Below are positions 8,522 through 16,120 of a stretch of DNA of 64,000 nt, piece after piece. The position numbers and the translations under genes are program-made. The notes under the pieces are model-generated. The model was not told the origin of the DNA. It made no database searches and saw only the letters and a list, made by a program, of their open reading frames with translations. How positions within the stretch are numbered: the stretch's first letter is position 1; every line of letters starts with the position of its first letter. Origin of the DNA: Planctomycetota bacterium (GTDB taxonomy: Bacteria > Planctomycetota > Planctomycetia > Gemmatales > Gemmataceae); assembly GCA_021325115.1 (NCBI GenBank), contig JAJPHU010000126.1:3066-67065 (forward strand), given 5' to 3'.

Positions 8522-9145
8522 TTAGCGTTGGGCGACGCCAAGCGTGGGCAAGGTTAGCGTGACCGGCGTGGTTTGTCCAGCTTTCACCGTGACGACCTTT
8601 TCGGCTTTGATAGGCTTGCCAGCTCGGACCACTTCAGCCCGGAGAGTATATTGATACTCCTTGCCAGGCTCCAAGATCGGCGACTGAAAGACACGGCTTG
8701 CACCGGTCGAGGTAGTTGCCTCGTTGTCGATGAGCAACTTGGCATCGGCAGGCAGCTCGACCACGATGGTCGCCGGCGCTGGCGCCATGCCTTCTTCTCG
8801 TTTTTCCTGCGGCTTCGGGGCTTTTTCGCCTCGAGGCTGCTGGGGGGCACCCTGGATGATTACGCCGCCACCATAGCCGTAGCCGCCGTAGCAGCCCATG
8901 CAGCCGTAACCCCAGCCACCGCCGTAGCAGCCCATGCAGCCGTAACCCATGCCCCAGCCGCCGTAGCAACCCATGCAGCCGTAACCCCAGCCACCGCCAT
9001 AACAGCCACAACAGCCGTAACCCCAGCCGCCGCCATAACAGCCGCAGCAACCATGCCTACGTCCACCATAGCAGCCACCGCGACAGCCAAAATCCGGCAG
9101 ATCTACACCAGTCGTTAACGCTGCCATCAGGACCACACTGTACAT
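8522..9145 (-). CDS. secreted Cys/Gly/Tyr/Trp-repeat protein with C-terminal TIGR03000-type domain
   Basis: Signal-like N-terminus MYSVVLMAALTTG, then GCCGCYGGGWGYGC(C/M)GCYGG repeats. The C-terminus ATIVVELPADAKLLIDNEATTSTGASRVFQSPILEPGKEYQYTLRAEVVRAGKPIKAEKVVTVKAGQTTPVTL matches the planctomycete TIGR03000 domain. ATG 9145 is preceded by GGGAGGTGA. Confidence 0.8.
   Translation of the reverse strand: MYSVVLMAALTTGVDLPDFGCRGGCYGGRRHGCCGCYGGGWGYGCCGCYGGGWGYGCMGCYGGWGMGYGCMGCYGGGWGYGCMGCYGGYGYGGGVIIQGAPQQPRGEKAPKPQEKREEGMAPAPATIVVELPADAKLLIDNEATTSTGASRVFQSPILEPGKEYQYTLRAEVVRAGKPIKAEKVVTVKAGQTTPVTLTLPTLGVAQR
8864..9090 (-). repeat. coding tandem repeat (GCxGCYGGGWGY units)
   Basis: On the plus strand, near-identical units recur head to tail: gccgtagcagcccatgcagccgtaaccccagccaccgcc. 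They lie entirely inside the CDS above. Confidence 0.7.
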
Positions 9146-9449
9146 CGAAGTCACCTCCCTAAAAATTGGAACAACCCAGCAGCCCCGCGTGGAGAACCCC
9201 TCCACGTCTCAGGCTGTCCGTTTTGAGGCTATCCCGAACAACAGTGGTCGTGGACAAACGAAGAAAAGAAGTGCCCCACATCCTGCAGGGGAGCCAAAGA
9301 TAGCTCGCTCGTGCATTCAAGCCTTGGGCCCTCCTTCCCCACAACGGCGGATATTGCATCCCGCCGCTACGCTACCGATTGTAGCGATTGAGATGAATAG
9401 TAAAGTAGGCAAAAAGGGGTGTCAATAGCAATTTGGGAAGTTTAAGAAG

Positions 9450-9509
9450 AATGGGAGAAAAAACAAAAAATAAAAACCCCCACGGCAGGTTGATGTAATG
9501 CCGTGGGGG
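9450..9509 (-). terminator. rho-independent terminator (minus strand)
   Basis: The minus strand reads CCCCCACGGCA-loop-TGCCGTGGGGG followed by TTTTTATTTTTTGTTTTTT. It sits ~190 nt downstream of the aminotransferase stop, in an unusually AT-rich patch. Confidence 0.75.
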
Positions 9510-9642
9510 CAGGGAGGGATTAATCTTGATGATTTGTCGACCGGAACAAAAGAACTATCGAACAAAACCACAAGGCATGCGGACAGCGTGTCTGAAAATA
9601 AGCAGACGGGCAACTATGCCTTACATAGCCTTCCGTTATTCC

Positions 9643-9711
9643 CCATGAGTCCGTGATTCGTAGTAAGAGACACGACACGTCTATCTTTTGCTACGAACTA
9701 CGGACTCATGG
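9643..9711. repeat. 21-bp inverted repeat overlapping the aminotransferase stop codon
   Basis: CCATGAGTCCGTGATTCGTAG ... CTACGAACTACGGACTCATGG (2 mismatches, 27-nt loop). The right arm contains the last codons and the stop of the 9698..11044 gene. Confidence 0.6.
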
Positions 9712-11044
9712 CCAGCGCCGGTGTTTGTCGTTCGCTCAATACCGTATCCAAAATGCGGATGGCTGTCTCGACCTGCTCGGCGCTGATACACAGCGGTGGG
9801 CAGAAGCGAACGGCACTTTCGCCGCAACCCAGAAGCAGCAAACCGCGTCGGAAGGCAGCCTGAATCACCTCGTCGCGCCGCGCTCCCAGCGGGGCGCCGT
9901 CCTCGTTGGCCAGATCCATCGCCACCATCAAGCCGAGGCCGCGCACCTCGCGGATCTCCGGGTGCCGCTGTTGGAGGCGTTGCAACTCATGCTTGAGCTG
10001 TTTGCCGCGCTCGGCCGCGTTGGCGATGTAACCGCTTTCGAGCAAATCGAGAGTGGCCAAAGCGGCACGGCAGCTGACGGGATTGCCGCCGAAGGTGCTG
10101 GCATGGCTGCCCGGTGGCCAATCCATCACTTCCTCGCGGGTCACGATCGCTCCCAGCGGCATGCCACTGGCGATGCCCTTGGCCAAACAGATGATGTCCG
10201 GCTCCACGTCCCAATGCTCGACGGCGTAGAGCTTGCCGGTTCGGCCCATGCCGGTCTGTACCTCATCGGCGACGAGCAGGAAGCCGTGCTTATCGCACAG
10301 AGCGCGAAGGGCAGGCAAAAAGCCGGGCGGCGGCACGTAGTAGCCGCCTTCGCCCTGGATCGGCTCGACGAAGACGGCGGCGACCTCATCCGGCGGCGCG
10401 ATGCGGCGCAACACCGTCTCCTCGATCTGCCGGACGCACTCACATTCGCCACCGCTGTCGCAGCCGTGGCAGCCACGCGGATAGGGAACGTGATGAATAT
10501 CCGGCACCAGAGGGGCGAAGCCACGACGATGCACCAGCTTCGAGCCGGACAACGACATGGCCCCGTAAGTGCGGCCATGAAAGGCCCCGAAGAAAGCGAG
10601 GGCGCGCGAGCGCCCTGTGTGCCAGCGGGCCAGCTTCAACGCTGCCTCCAGCGCCTCGGCCCCGCTGTTGGTGAAAAAGACGCGCTTGGGCGAGGCGCCG
10701 GGACCGCTCTCGGCCAAGCGTTGAGCCAGGTCAATCTGCGGCTGATAATAAAAATCGGTGCCAGACATATGCAAGAGTTTGTGCGCCTGATCGGCGATGG
10801 CTGCGGTGACACGCGGGTGACAGTGGCCGGTGGACGTAACGGCGATGCCGGCGGTGAAATCGAGGAACAGATTGCCATCCACGTCCTGAATGACCGCCCC
10901 GGAGCCGCGCTCTACCACCAAGGGATAGATACGGGTGTACGATGGTGACATGTAGCGCGCATCGCGTTCGAGCAACTCGCGGGCCTTCGGCCCCGGCAAA
11001 GCCGTGCGAATTTGCGGGACGGTTTGTTTGTCGAAAAGCCACAT
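9698..11044 (-). CDS. class-III PLP aminotransferase (4-aminobutyrate/acetylornithine aminotransferase-like)
   Basis: LPGPKARELLERDARYMSPSY...VVERGSGAVIQDVDGNLFLDFTAGIAVTSTGHCHP...LLVADEVQTGMGRTGK...DIICLAKGIASG...STFGGNP. ATG 11044 follows GGAGGA. It lies downstream of, and co-oriented with, the aldehyde dehydrogenase. Confidence 0.85.
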   Translation of the reverse strand: MWLFDKQTVPQIRTALPGPKARELLERDARYMSPSYTRIYPLVVERGSGAVIQDVDGNLFLDFTAGIAVTSTGHCHPRVTAAIADQAHKLLHMSGTDFYYQPQIDLAQRLAESGPGASPKRVFFTNSGAEALEAALKLARWHTGRSRALAFFGAFHGRTYGAMSLSGSKLVHRRGFAPLVPDIHHVPYPRGCHGCDSGGECECVRQIEETVLRRIAPPDEVAAVFVEPIQGEGGYYVPPPGFLPALRALCDKHGFLLVADEVQTGMGRTGKLYAVEHWDVEPDIICLAKGIASGMPLGAIVTREEVMDWPPGSHASTFGGNPVSCRAALATLDLLESGYIANAAERGKQLKHELQRLQQRHPEIREVRGLGLMVAMDLANEDGAPLGARRDEVIQAAFRRGLLLLGCGESAVRFCPPLCISAEQVETAIRILDTVLSERQTPALAMSP

Positions 11045-11150
11045 GGCGTTATCCTCCTGTAGTACGCCGGTCATCAACGAATCCGTTCACATTACTTCGC
11101 CGATAATCCGAGCTGCGACCGTAAAGGAGCGGCCTAGCCAACTGCTCCCT

Positions 11151-11289
11151 TAGAGCTACCGGACAAAACCTCCCCCCTCGTGGGGGAAGGCTGGGGTAGG
11201 AGGTGTCAAGGCAAGGGAGCCAAGGAGTGGTGTCCCCCCCACCCGAACCCTCCCCCACAAAGGGGGGAGGGAAAAGTCCGCTAGCTCTC
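11151..11289. mobile_element. MITE-like palindromic repeat element with 14-bp terminal inverted repeats (copy A)
   Basis: The ends TAGAGCTACCGGAC / GTCCGCTAGCTCTC are inverted repeats (12/14). The interior has two G/C hairpins (CCTCCCCCCTCGTGGGGGAAGG; CCCTCCCCCACAAAGGGGGGAGGG). The left ~80 nt recurs at 49861-49940, and the right hairpin type recurs at 18114-18152 and 41113-41158. Confidence 0.55.
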
Positions 11290-11310
11290 ATGGTCGCGGC
11301 CCCGGTCCCT

Positions 11311-12822
11311 TTATGCCGGTCCCCCTTCGATGTCGGTGGTCAGCCCCTGCGCCATTTTCACTTCCGTGCTGTGATTGACTGTCCACGCCGTCTTGTGCGT
11401 CACGGTCTCGATCAGCCCCGCTGCGGACGGATGGCCGTTGCCGCTTTTCTTGACGCCGCCGAACGGCAGATGCACCTCGGCGCCGATGCACGGGAGATTG
11501 ACGTAGCCCATGCCGTATTCACATTCCTCGCGGAACATCCGCATGGCCCGATAATCCTCCGTCACCACCGCCATCGATAAACCGTAGGGCGTGTCATTAT
11601 AGATACGTACCGCATCTTCATTGGTCTTAAACGGCACTAACGCCAGGTGCGGGCCGAATACTTCCTCGCGCAACACACGCACTTCGGGACGATGCTCCAT
11701 GCGGTAGATGAACGGCGACAGATAACATCCGGCCGCATGTTCGCCATCGGTCATGCGGCCGCCATCGAGCAGCACTTGCCCTCCTTCCGCGCGGGCCAAG
11801 GCGTTGTAGCGCTCAATCTTCTCGACGGCAGCGCGATGGATAACCGGCCCCGTGAAATTGCCGCTATTCAGCGGATCGCCGATGCGTAGCCGCCTTGCTG
11901 CGGATATGAGCTTGTCTGCAAATTTGTCGAAGAGCGACTCGGCGACGAGAATGCGTCCCGCCGAGACGCAGCGTTGACCGCTGGTTTTAAACGCACTAAT
12001 GAGAGCGCAATTGACGGCTAAGTCGAGCCGGGCGTCGGCGCAGACGATGACAGCGCTTTTGCTGCCCATTTCGCAAGCGACGATGCGATCGTAATGCTCC
12101 GCCGACAACTGCTGGATGCGATGGCCCACCTCATAGCTGCCGGTGAATAAGACGATGTTGACCCCCGGATCGCGCACCAGCGCCTCGCCCGTCTCGGCGG
12201 CGCCATGCACAAGGTTTAGGACGCCGGCTGGAAAACCCGCCTCCACGAACAATTCGGCCAGGCGCTGGCCGATGGCCGGCGTATCTTCGGACGGCTTGAA
12301 GACCACGGTGTTGCCTTCGAGCAGGCTGGGCCCAAGCATCCACAACGGCACAGCAAAAGGGAAGTTCCACGGTGTGATGACTGCAACGACACCCCACGGC
12401 TTGCGTCGCATGAAAGCATCCTTCTCGGCGATTTCCGAGGCCAGTACCTCGCCGATTGGCATGCGTCCGGTGCCGAAGACGTATTGAATCATGTGCAAGC
12501 CTTCAATCACCTCGGCCCGGCACTCACTGACGACTTTGCCGCACTCCCGCGCCATCAACCGGGCCAGGTTATCCGCTTCGCGCTTGACGATCTGCGCCAG
12601 GTTGTCGAACAGTTCAGCGCGATAAATACGACTGGTGCGCCGCCAGGCCGGATACGCCTCCCGCGCTGCAGCGACGGCTTGCCGTGCTTCTTCGACGCTG
12701 CTGCTAGGAAAAACACCCAATACTTCACTCTCACGCGCCGGGCTGCGGCTCTCGAAGCGCTCGCCATTGCTTGATTGCCAGCGGCCAGCAATGAGGTTTT
12801 TTCCGGTAAGAGTGGCAGACAT
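11311..12822 (-). CDS. NAD(P)-dependent aldehyde dehydrogenase family protein
   Basis: 503 aa with ALDH hallmarks (VVAVITPWNFPFAV, FKPSEDTP, ACEMGSKSAVIV with catalytic Glu, GQRCVSAGRILV with catalytic Cys, EEVFGP). Confidence 0.9.
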   Translation of the reverse strand: MSATLTGKNLIAGRWQSSNGERFESRSPARESEVLGVFPSSSVEEARQAVAAAREAYPAWRRTSRIYRAELFDNLAQIVKREADNLARLMARECGKVVSECRAEVIEGLHMIQYVFGTGRMPIGEVLASEIAEKDAFMRRKPWGVVAVITPWNFPFAVPLWMLGPSLLEGNTVVFKPSEDTPAIGQRLAELFVEAGFPAGVLNLVHGAAETGEALVRDPGVNIVLFTGSYEVGHRIQQLSAEHYDRIVACEMGSKSAVIVCADARLDLAVNCALISAFKTSGQRCVSAGRILVAESLFDKFADKLISAARRLRIGDPLNSGNFTGPVIHRAAVEKIERYNALARAEGGQVLLDGGRMTDGEHAAGCYLSPFIYRMEHRPEVRVLREEVFGPHLALVPFKTNEDAVRIYNDTPYGLSMAVVTEDYRAMRMFREECEYGMGYVNLPCIGAEVHLPFGGVKKSGNGHPSAAGLIETVTHKTAWTVNHSTEVKMAQGLTTDIEGGPA

Positions 12823-13219
12823 GGCCTGGCTCCTCCTGAACGTATTATGGTTGGCAGCAGACGATCGCGCCGAGAAGAATACTCATGGAGAAATGACACA
12901 GCGTTCGATCGTTAACCGTTGTTATTATACCGGGAAGCACAATCTCCTCAACCGGAGACTGCACGAACCGATCCAAAACGAAGTACCTGCCAATCGATCG
13001 GGTAGCAGCTTGTCGTGCCGTTATCTGTGAACTACCCCACAGCGGCCGGATCGTCTAACTCATGCCAGCTGAAGGGATAAATGCGAACATTGGCATCCAA
13101 AAAGATCGTGGTGCCCGAAAAGGCGAACTTTGTCGTGTTCTTGCAGCGGCAGTATCAGAGTTGGCGCTGCACTCAGACGCTAAACCGAACGAGCCGGAAG
13201 CATAAGAGTTAACGAAAAG

Positions 13220-13281
13220 CCCTGCAGAGCAGGCGGCCAGCGTGTCCCGATTTCGGTACACTGGCCGTCTGCCCTGCAGGG
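13220..13281 (-). terminator. 21-bp inverted repeat downstream of glnN
   Basis: CCCTGCAGAGCAGGCGGCCAG ... CTGGCCGTCTGCCCTGCAGGG (2 mismatches), ~30 nt past the glnN stop at 13308. There is no obvious U-tract. Confidence 0.5.
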
Positions 13282-13307
13282 TCTTGCAGCGGGCTGGCGA
13301 GAGGGGG

Positions 13308-15515
13308 TTACTTGATAAACAACATCTCCCGATAGGTCGGCAACGGCCACAAATCATCCGCGACCATCGTTTCTAGCTTGTCGCCGAAGGTGCGGACCTC
13401 GGCCATCGCCGGCAAGATGGTGTCGCGGAAATACCTGGCGTGGGCAAGCACGTCGCCGTCGGCATGGTGGGCCAAGGCGCGATCGAGCGTCGCCGTCGCT
13501 TTCTGGAAATCACTGAGGGTCGCCGTCAGCGACTTGAGCAACTCGACCTGGGCACTGTTGTCGGCGCCGGCGGCCTTGGTTGCGTTGACTGTCGAGGCTA
13601 CCTCACCCTGATAACGCAGGGCGGCCGGCAGGATCATCGTCTTGGCCATCATGCTCATCAGACGCGCTTCGATGTTCACCGTCTTGACGTAGTTTTCGCA
13701 CAAGATAGCAAAACGGCTTTGCAATTCGCGCTCGGTATAGACACGATACCTGGTTAATAGCTCAATGGTATCCTTGCGAAGAATGACCGGCAGGGCGTCC
13801 GGGGTGTTGCGCAAGTTGGGCAGGCCACGTCTCTCGGCCTCTTGATGCCATTCTGGAGTATAATTGTCGCCATTGTAGATGACTTTCTTGCTCTCTTTGA
13901 TGATACTCGGCAGCAACTCCTGGATGGCCTTGTTGATGTCCTTGCCCTGGGCCTTGGCTTTCTCCAGGTTGGTAGCGATGTAGTCGAGCGATTCGGCGAC
14001 GATGGTGTTGAGCACTGTGTTGGGACCAGCGATCGATTGCGAGCTGCCGACAGCGCGGAACTCGAACTTGTTGCCGGTGAAGGCGAATGGGCTGGTGCGA
14101 TTGCGGTCGCCGGCATGTTTGGGCAGCTTGGGCAGCACGCTGACACCAATCTCCAGATAACCGCCCTGCTTGGTGGACTTGGCTGCTCCTTTTTCCAGCT
14201 GATCGATGACGTCCTGCAATTGATCGCCCAGGAAAACGGACATGATCGCCGGCGGCGCTTCGTTGGCGCCGAGGCGATGGTCGTTGTGAGCACTGGCCAC
14301 CGAGACACGCAACAGTTCGGGATACTTGGCGACAGCGCGGATGACCGCTACGCAGAAAACGAGGAATTGCGCGTTGTCATGCGGCGTGTCGCCCGGTTCC
14401 AGCAGGTTTTCGCCGGTGTCGGTGGCCATCGACCAGTTGTTGTGCTTGCCGGAGCCGTTGATGCCAGCGAACGGCTTCTCGTGCAACAGGCAAGCCAGGC
14501 CGTAACGTGGCGCCGTCTTGCGTAGCACTTCCATAATCATCATCTGATGATCGGTAGCCAGGTTCGAGTCCTCGAAAATGGGCGCAATCTCGTGCTGGCT
14601 GGGTGCGACTTCATTGTGCCGCGTCTTGACCGGCACGCCAAGTTTGAACAGCTGGGCCTCGCAGTCAGCCATGCAGGCAAGGACGCGCTCATGGATGTGG
14701 GCGAAATACTGGTCTTCCATCTCCTGCCCTTTGGGCGGCGGAGCGCCGAACAGGGTGCGGCCGGCATTGATGAGGTCGGGCCGGGCATAATAGAAGTTCT
14801 TGTCGATGAGGAAGTATTCTTGCTCAGAGCCTACCGTGGTGAAAACGCGACGCGCCTCGGTGTTGCCGAAGAGCCGCAAAATGCGTAGGGCTTGATTGGA
14901 CAGCGCTTCCATCGAGCGCAACAGTGGCGTCTTTTTGTCGAGTGCTTCGCCAGTCCAGCTGAGGAAAGCAGTGGGGATAACGAGGGTGGCGCCATTGGGG
15001 CTTTCGAGAATGTACGCGGGGCTGGTCGGATCCCAGGCAGTGTAACCGCGCGCCTCGAAGGTAGCACGGATGCCGCCGGAAGGGAACGATGAGGCGTCCG
15101 GTTCGCCGCGCACCAGCTCTTTGCCGGAGAACTCCAAGATGGCCTTGCCGTCGCCGGTCGGCACTACAAAGCTGTCGTGCTTCTCGGCGGTCAGGCCGGT
15201 CATGGGCTGGAACAAATGGGTGAAGTGGGTGGCGCCGTGCTCGATGGCCCAATCTTTCATGGCGGCGGCCACCGTATCGGCGATAGCTGGATCGAGCGGT
15301 GCGCCCTGCCGAATGGTCTTTTGCAGTGCTTTGAAGATTGGTTTAGGCAGCCGTTCACGCTGAACAGCTTCGCTGAACACATTTTTGCCAAACAGGTCTT
15401 TCATATGAGTCTCAGTAAAGTTGACCTGTTGGAGCTGATACTCGGCGGAGGCGATGGCACGTAAGGCAGCCAGACGCGGATTTGTGTGAGTCATAAGATC
15501 GATTCTCGAAACCAT
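13308..15515 (-). CDS. glnN: glutamine synthetase type III
   Basis: ~730 aa, the size of GSIII. The N-terminus ([28 protein letters not shown]...[32 protein letters not shown]) and the core ([27 protein letters not shown]) fit. An alternative start is the Met at 15494. Confidence 0.9.
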   Translation of the reverse strand: MVSRIDLMTHTNPRLAALRAIASAEYQLQQVNFTETHMKDLFGKNVFSEAVQRERLPKPIFKALQKTIRQGAPLDPAIADTVAAAMKDWAIEHGATHFTHLFQPMTGLTAEKHDSFVVPTGDGKAILEFSGKELVRGEPDASSFPSGGIRATFEARGYTAWDPTSPAYILESPNGATLVIPTAFLSWTGEALDKKTPLLRSMEALSNQALRILRLFGNTEARRVFTTVGSEQEYFLIDKNFYYARPDLINAGRTLFGAPPPKGQEMEDQYFAHIHERVLACMADCEAQLFKLGVPVKTRHNEVAPSQHEIAPIFEDSNLATDHQMMIMEVLRKTAPRYGLACLLHEKPFAGINGSGKHNNWSMATDTGENLLEPGDTPHDNAQFLVFCVAVIRAVAKYPELLRVSVASAHNDHRLGANEAPPAIMSVFLGDQLQDVIDQLEKGAAKSTKQGGYLEIGVSVLPKLPKHAGDRNRTSPFAFTGNKFEFRAVGSSQSIAGPNTVLNTIVAESLDYIATNLEKAKAQGKDINKAIQELLPSIIKESKKVIYNGDNYTPEWHQEAERRGLPNLRNTPDALPVILRKDTIELLTRYRVYTERELQSRFAILCENYVKTVNIEARLMSMMAKTMILPAALRYQGEVASTVNATKAAGADNSAQVELLKSLTATLSDFQKATATLDRALAHHADGDVLAHARYFRDTILPAMAEVRTFGDKLETMVADDLWPLPTYREMLFIK

Positions 15516-15597
15516 TAATGTTGTGAAAAACTGTTTTCTTCTCAGGCGAAAAACATTCCCCTATCCTAGCGGGAATACAGGGCGCGGGTAGTGGCAG

Positions 15598-15661
15598 GCG
15601 AGCGGGGTCGCTAAGCGTCCCGAGTGCTATGGTACTCAGGACGCTTAGCGACCCCGCTCGC
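15598..15661. repeat. perfect 23-bp inverted repeat between glnK and glnN
   Basis: GCGAGCGGGGTCGCTAAGCGTCC ... GGACGCTTAGCGACCCCGCTCGC, beginning 6 nt after the glnK stop. It shares the GAGCGGGGT outer motif with the repeats at 16047-16111 and 40162-40250. Confidence 0.65.
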
Positions 15662-15666
15662 AGAGA

Positions 15667-16020
15667 TCATGGCCCAATGGCATCCGTCCCGCGTTCGCCG
15701 GTACGGATGCGGATACAATCGTCCAGCGGCAGGACGAAGATTTTGCCATCACCGACTTGGCCAGTCTCCGGCGTACGGGCGGCGTGGACGATGGCCTCGA
15801 TGGCAGCTTCGACGAACGCCTCATTGACAGCGATCTCCAGTTTGAGCTTGGGCAAGAGCCGCACCTGGAATTCGGTCCCGCGGTAGACCTCCGTGTAGCC
15901 GCGCTGCCGGCCGCAGCCACGCACGTCGCTAACGGTCATCAAATAGACATCTCGTTCATTCAGCGCTGTTTGTACGGCTTCCAGACGTTCCGGGCGAATG
16001 ATGGCGACAATTAGTTTCAT
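15667..16020 (-). CDS. glnK: nitrogen regulatory protein P-II
   Basis: MKLIVAIIRPERLEAVQTALNE...VSDVRGCGRQRGYTEVYRGTEF (T-loop Tyr)...GDGKIFVLPLDDCIRIRTGERG. 117 aa, immediately downstream of amt. Confidence 0.95.
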   Translation of the reverse strand: MKLIVAIIRPERLEAVQTALNERDVYLMTVSDVRGCGRQRGYTEVYRGTEFQVRLLPKLKLEIAVNEAFVEAAIEAIVHAARTPETGQVGDGKIFVLPLDDCIRIRTGERGTDAIGP

Positions 16021-16046
16021 CGGTTGGGTGTCCTTGTGAAATACCC

Positions 16047-16111
16047 GACGAGTGGGGTGTGTTAACATCCCCAGGAGTATTCACCGGGGCGTTAACACAC
16101 TCCGCTCGCTG
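16047..16111. repeat. long imperfect inverted repeat between amt and glnK
   Basis: GACGAGTGGGGTGTGTTAACATCCCC - 12-nt loop - GGGGCGTTAACACACTCCGCTCGCTG. It belongs to the same family as 40162-40250. Confidence 0.6.
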
Positions 16112-16120
16112 GTGCGGTCA

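Noticed and set aside
8864-9090. Regularly spaced direct repeats that could suggest a CRISPR-like array.
   Set aside because: The repeats are contiguous (no spacers), in frame, and encode the GCxGCYGGGWGY protein repeat of the TIGR03000-domain gene.
9653-10948. Long antisense ORFs opposite well-supported genes. Examples: 9653..10948 (431 aa), 21078..22271 (397 aa), 27994..28899, 35604..36620, 42038..42982, 48832..49713, 51661..52638, 57435..58538.
   Set aside because: Each lies fully inside, and antisense to, a gene with clear family motifs (aminotransferase, Gfo/Idh/MocA, GH140, RND, pnp, cobN, chlID/cobB, cbiX). Their products are Arg/Ala/Gly/Pro-rich with no recognisable motifs. Stop-codon-poor antisense frames are expected in GC-rich DNA.
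11049-11291. Pro/Gly-rich ORFs 11049..11291 and 49535..49969 sharing the peptide LPCLDTSYPS.PPRG.
   Set aside because: The shared peptide is simply the translation of the MITE-like DNA repeat. The flanks are unrelated and non-coding-like.
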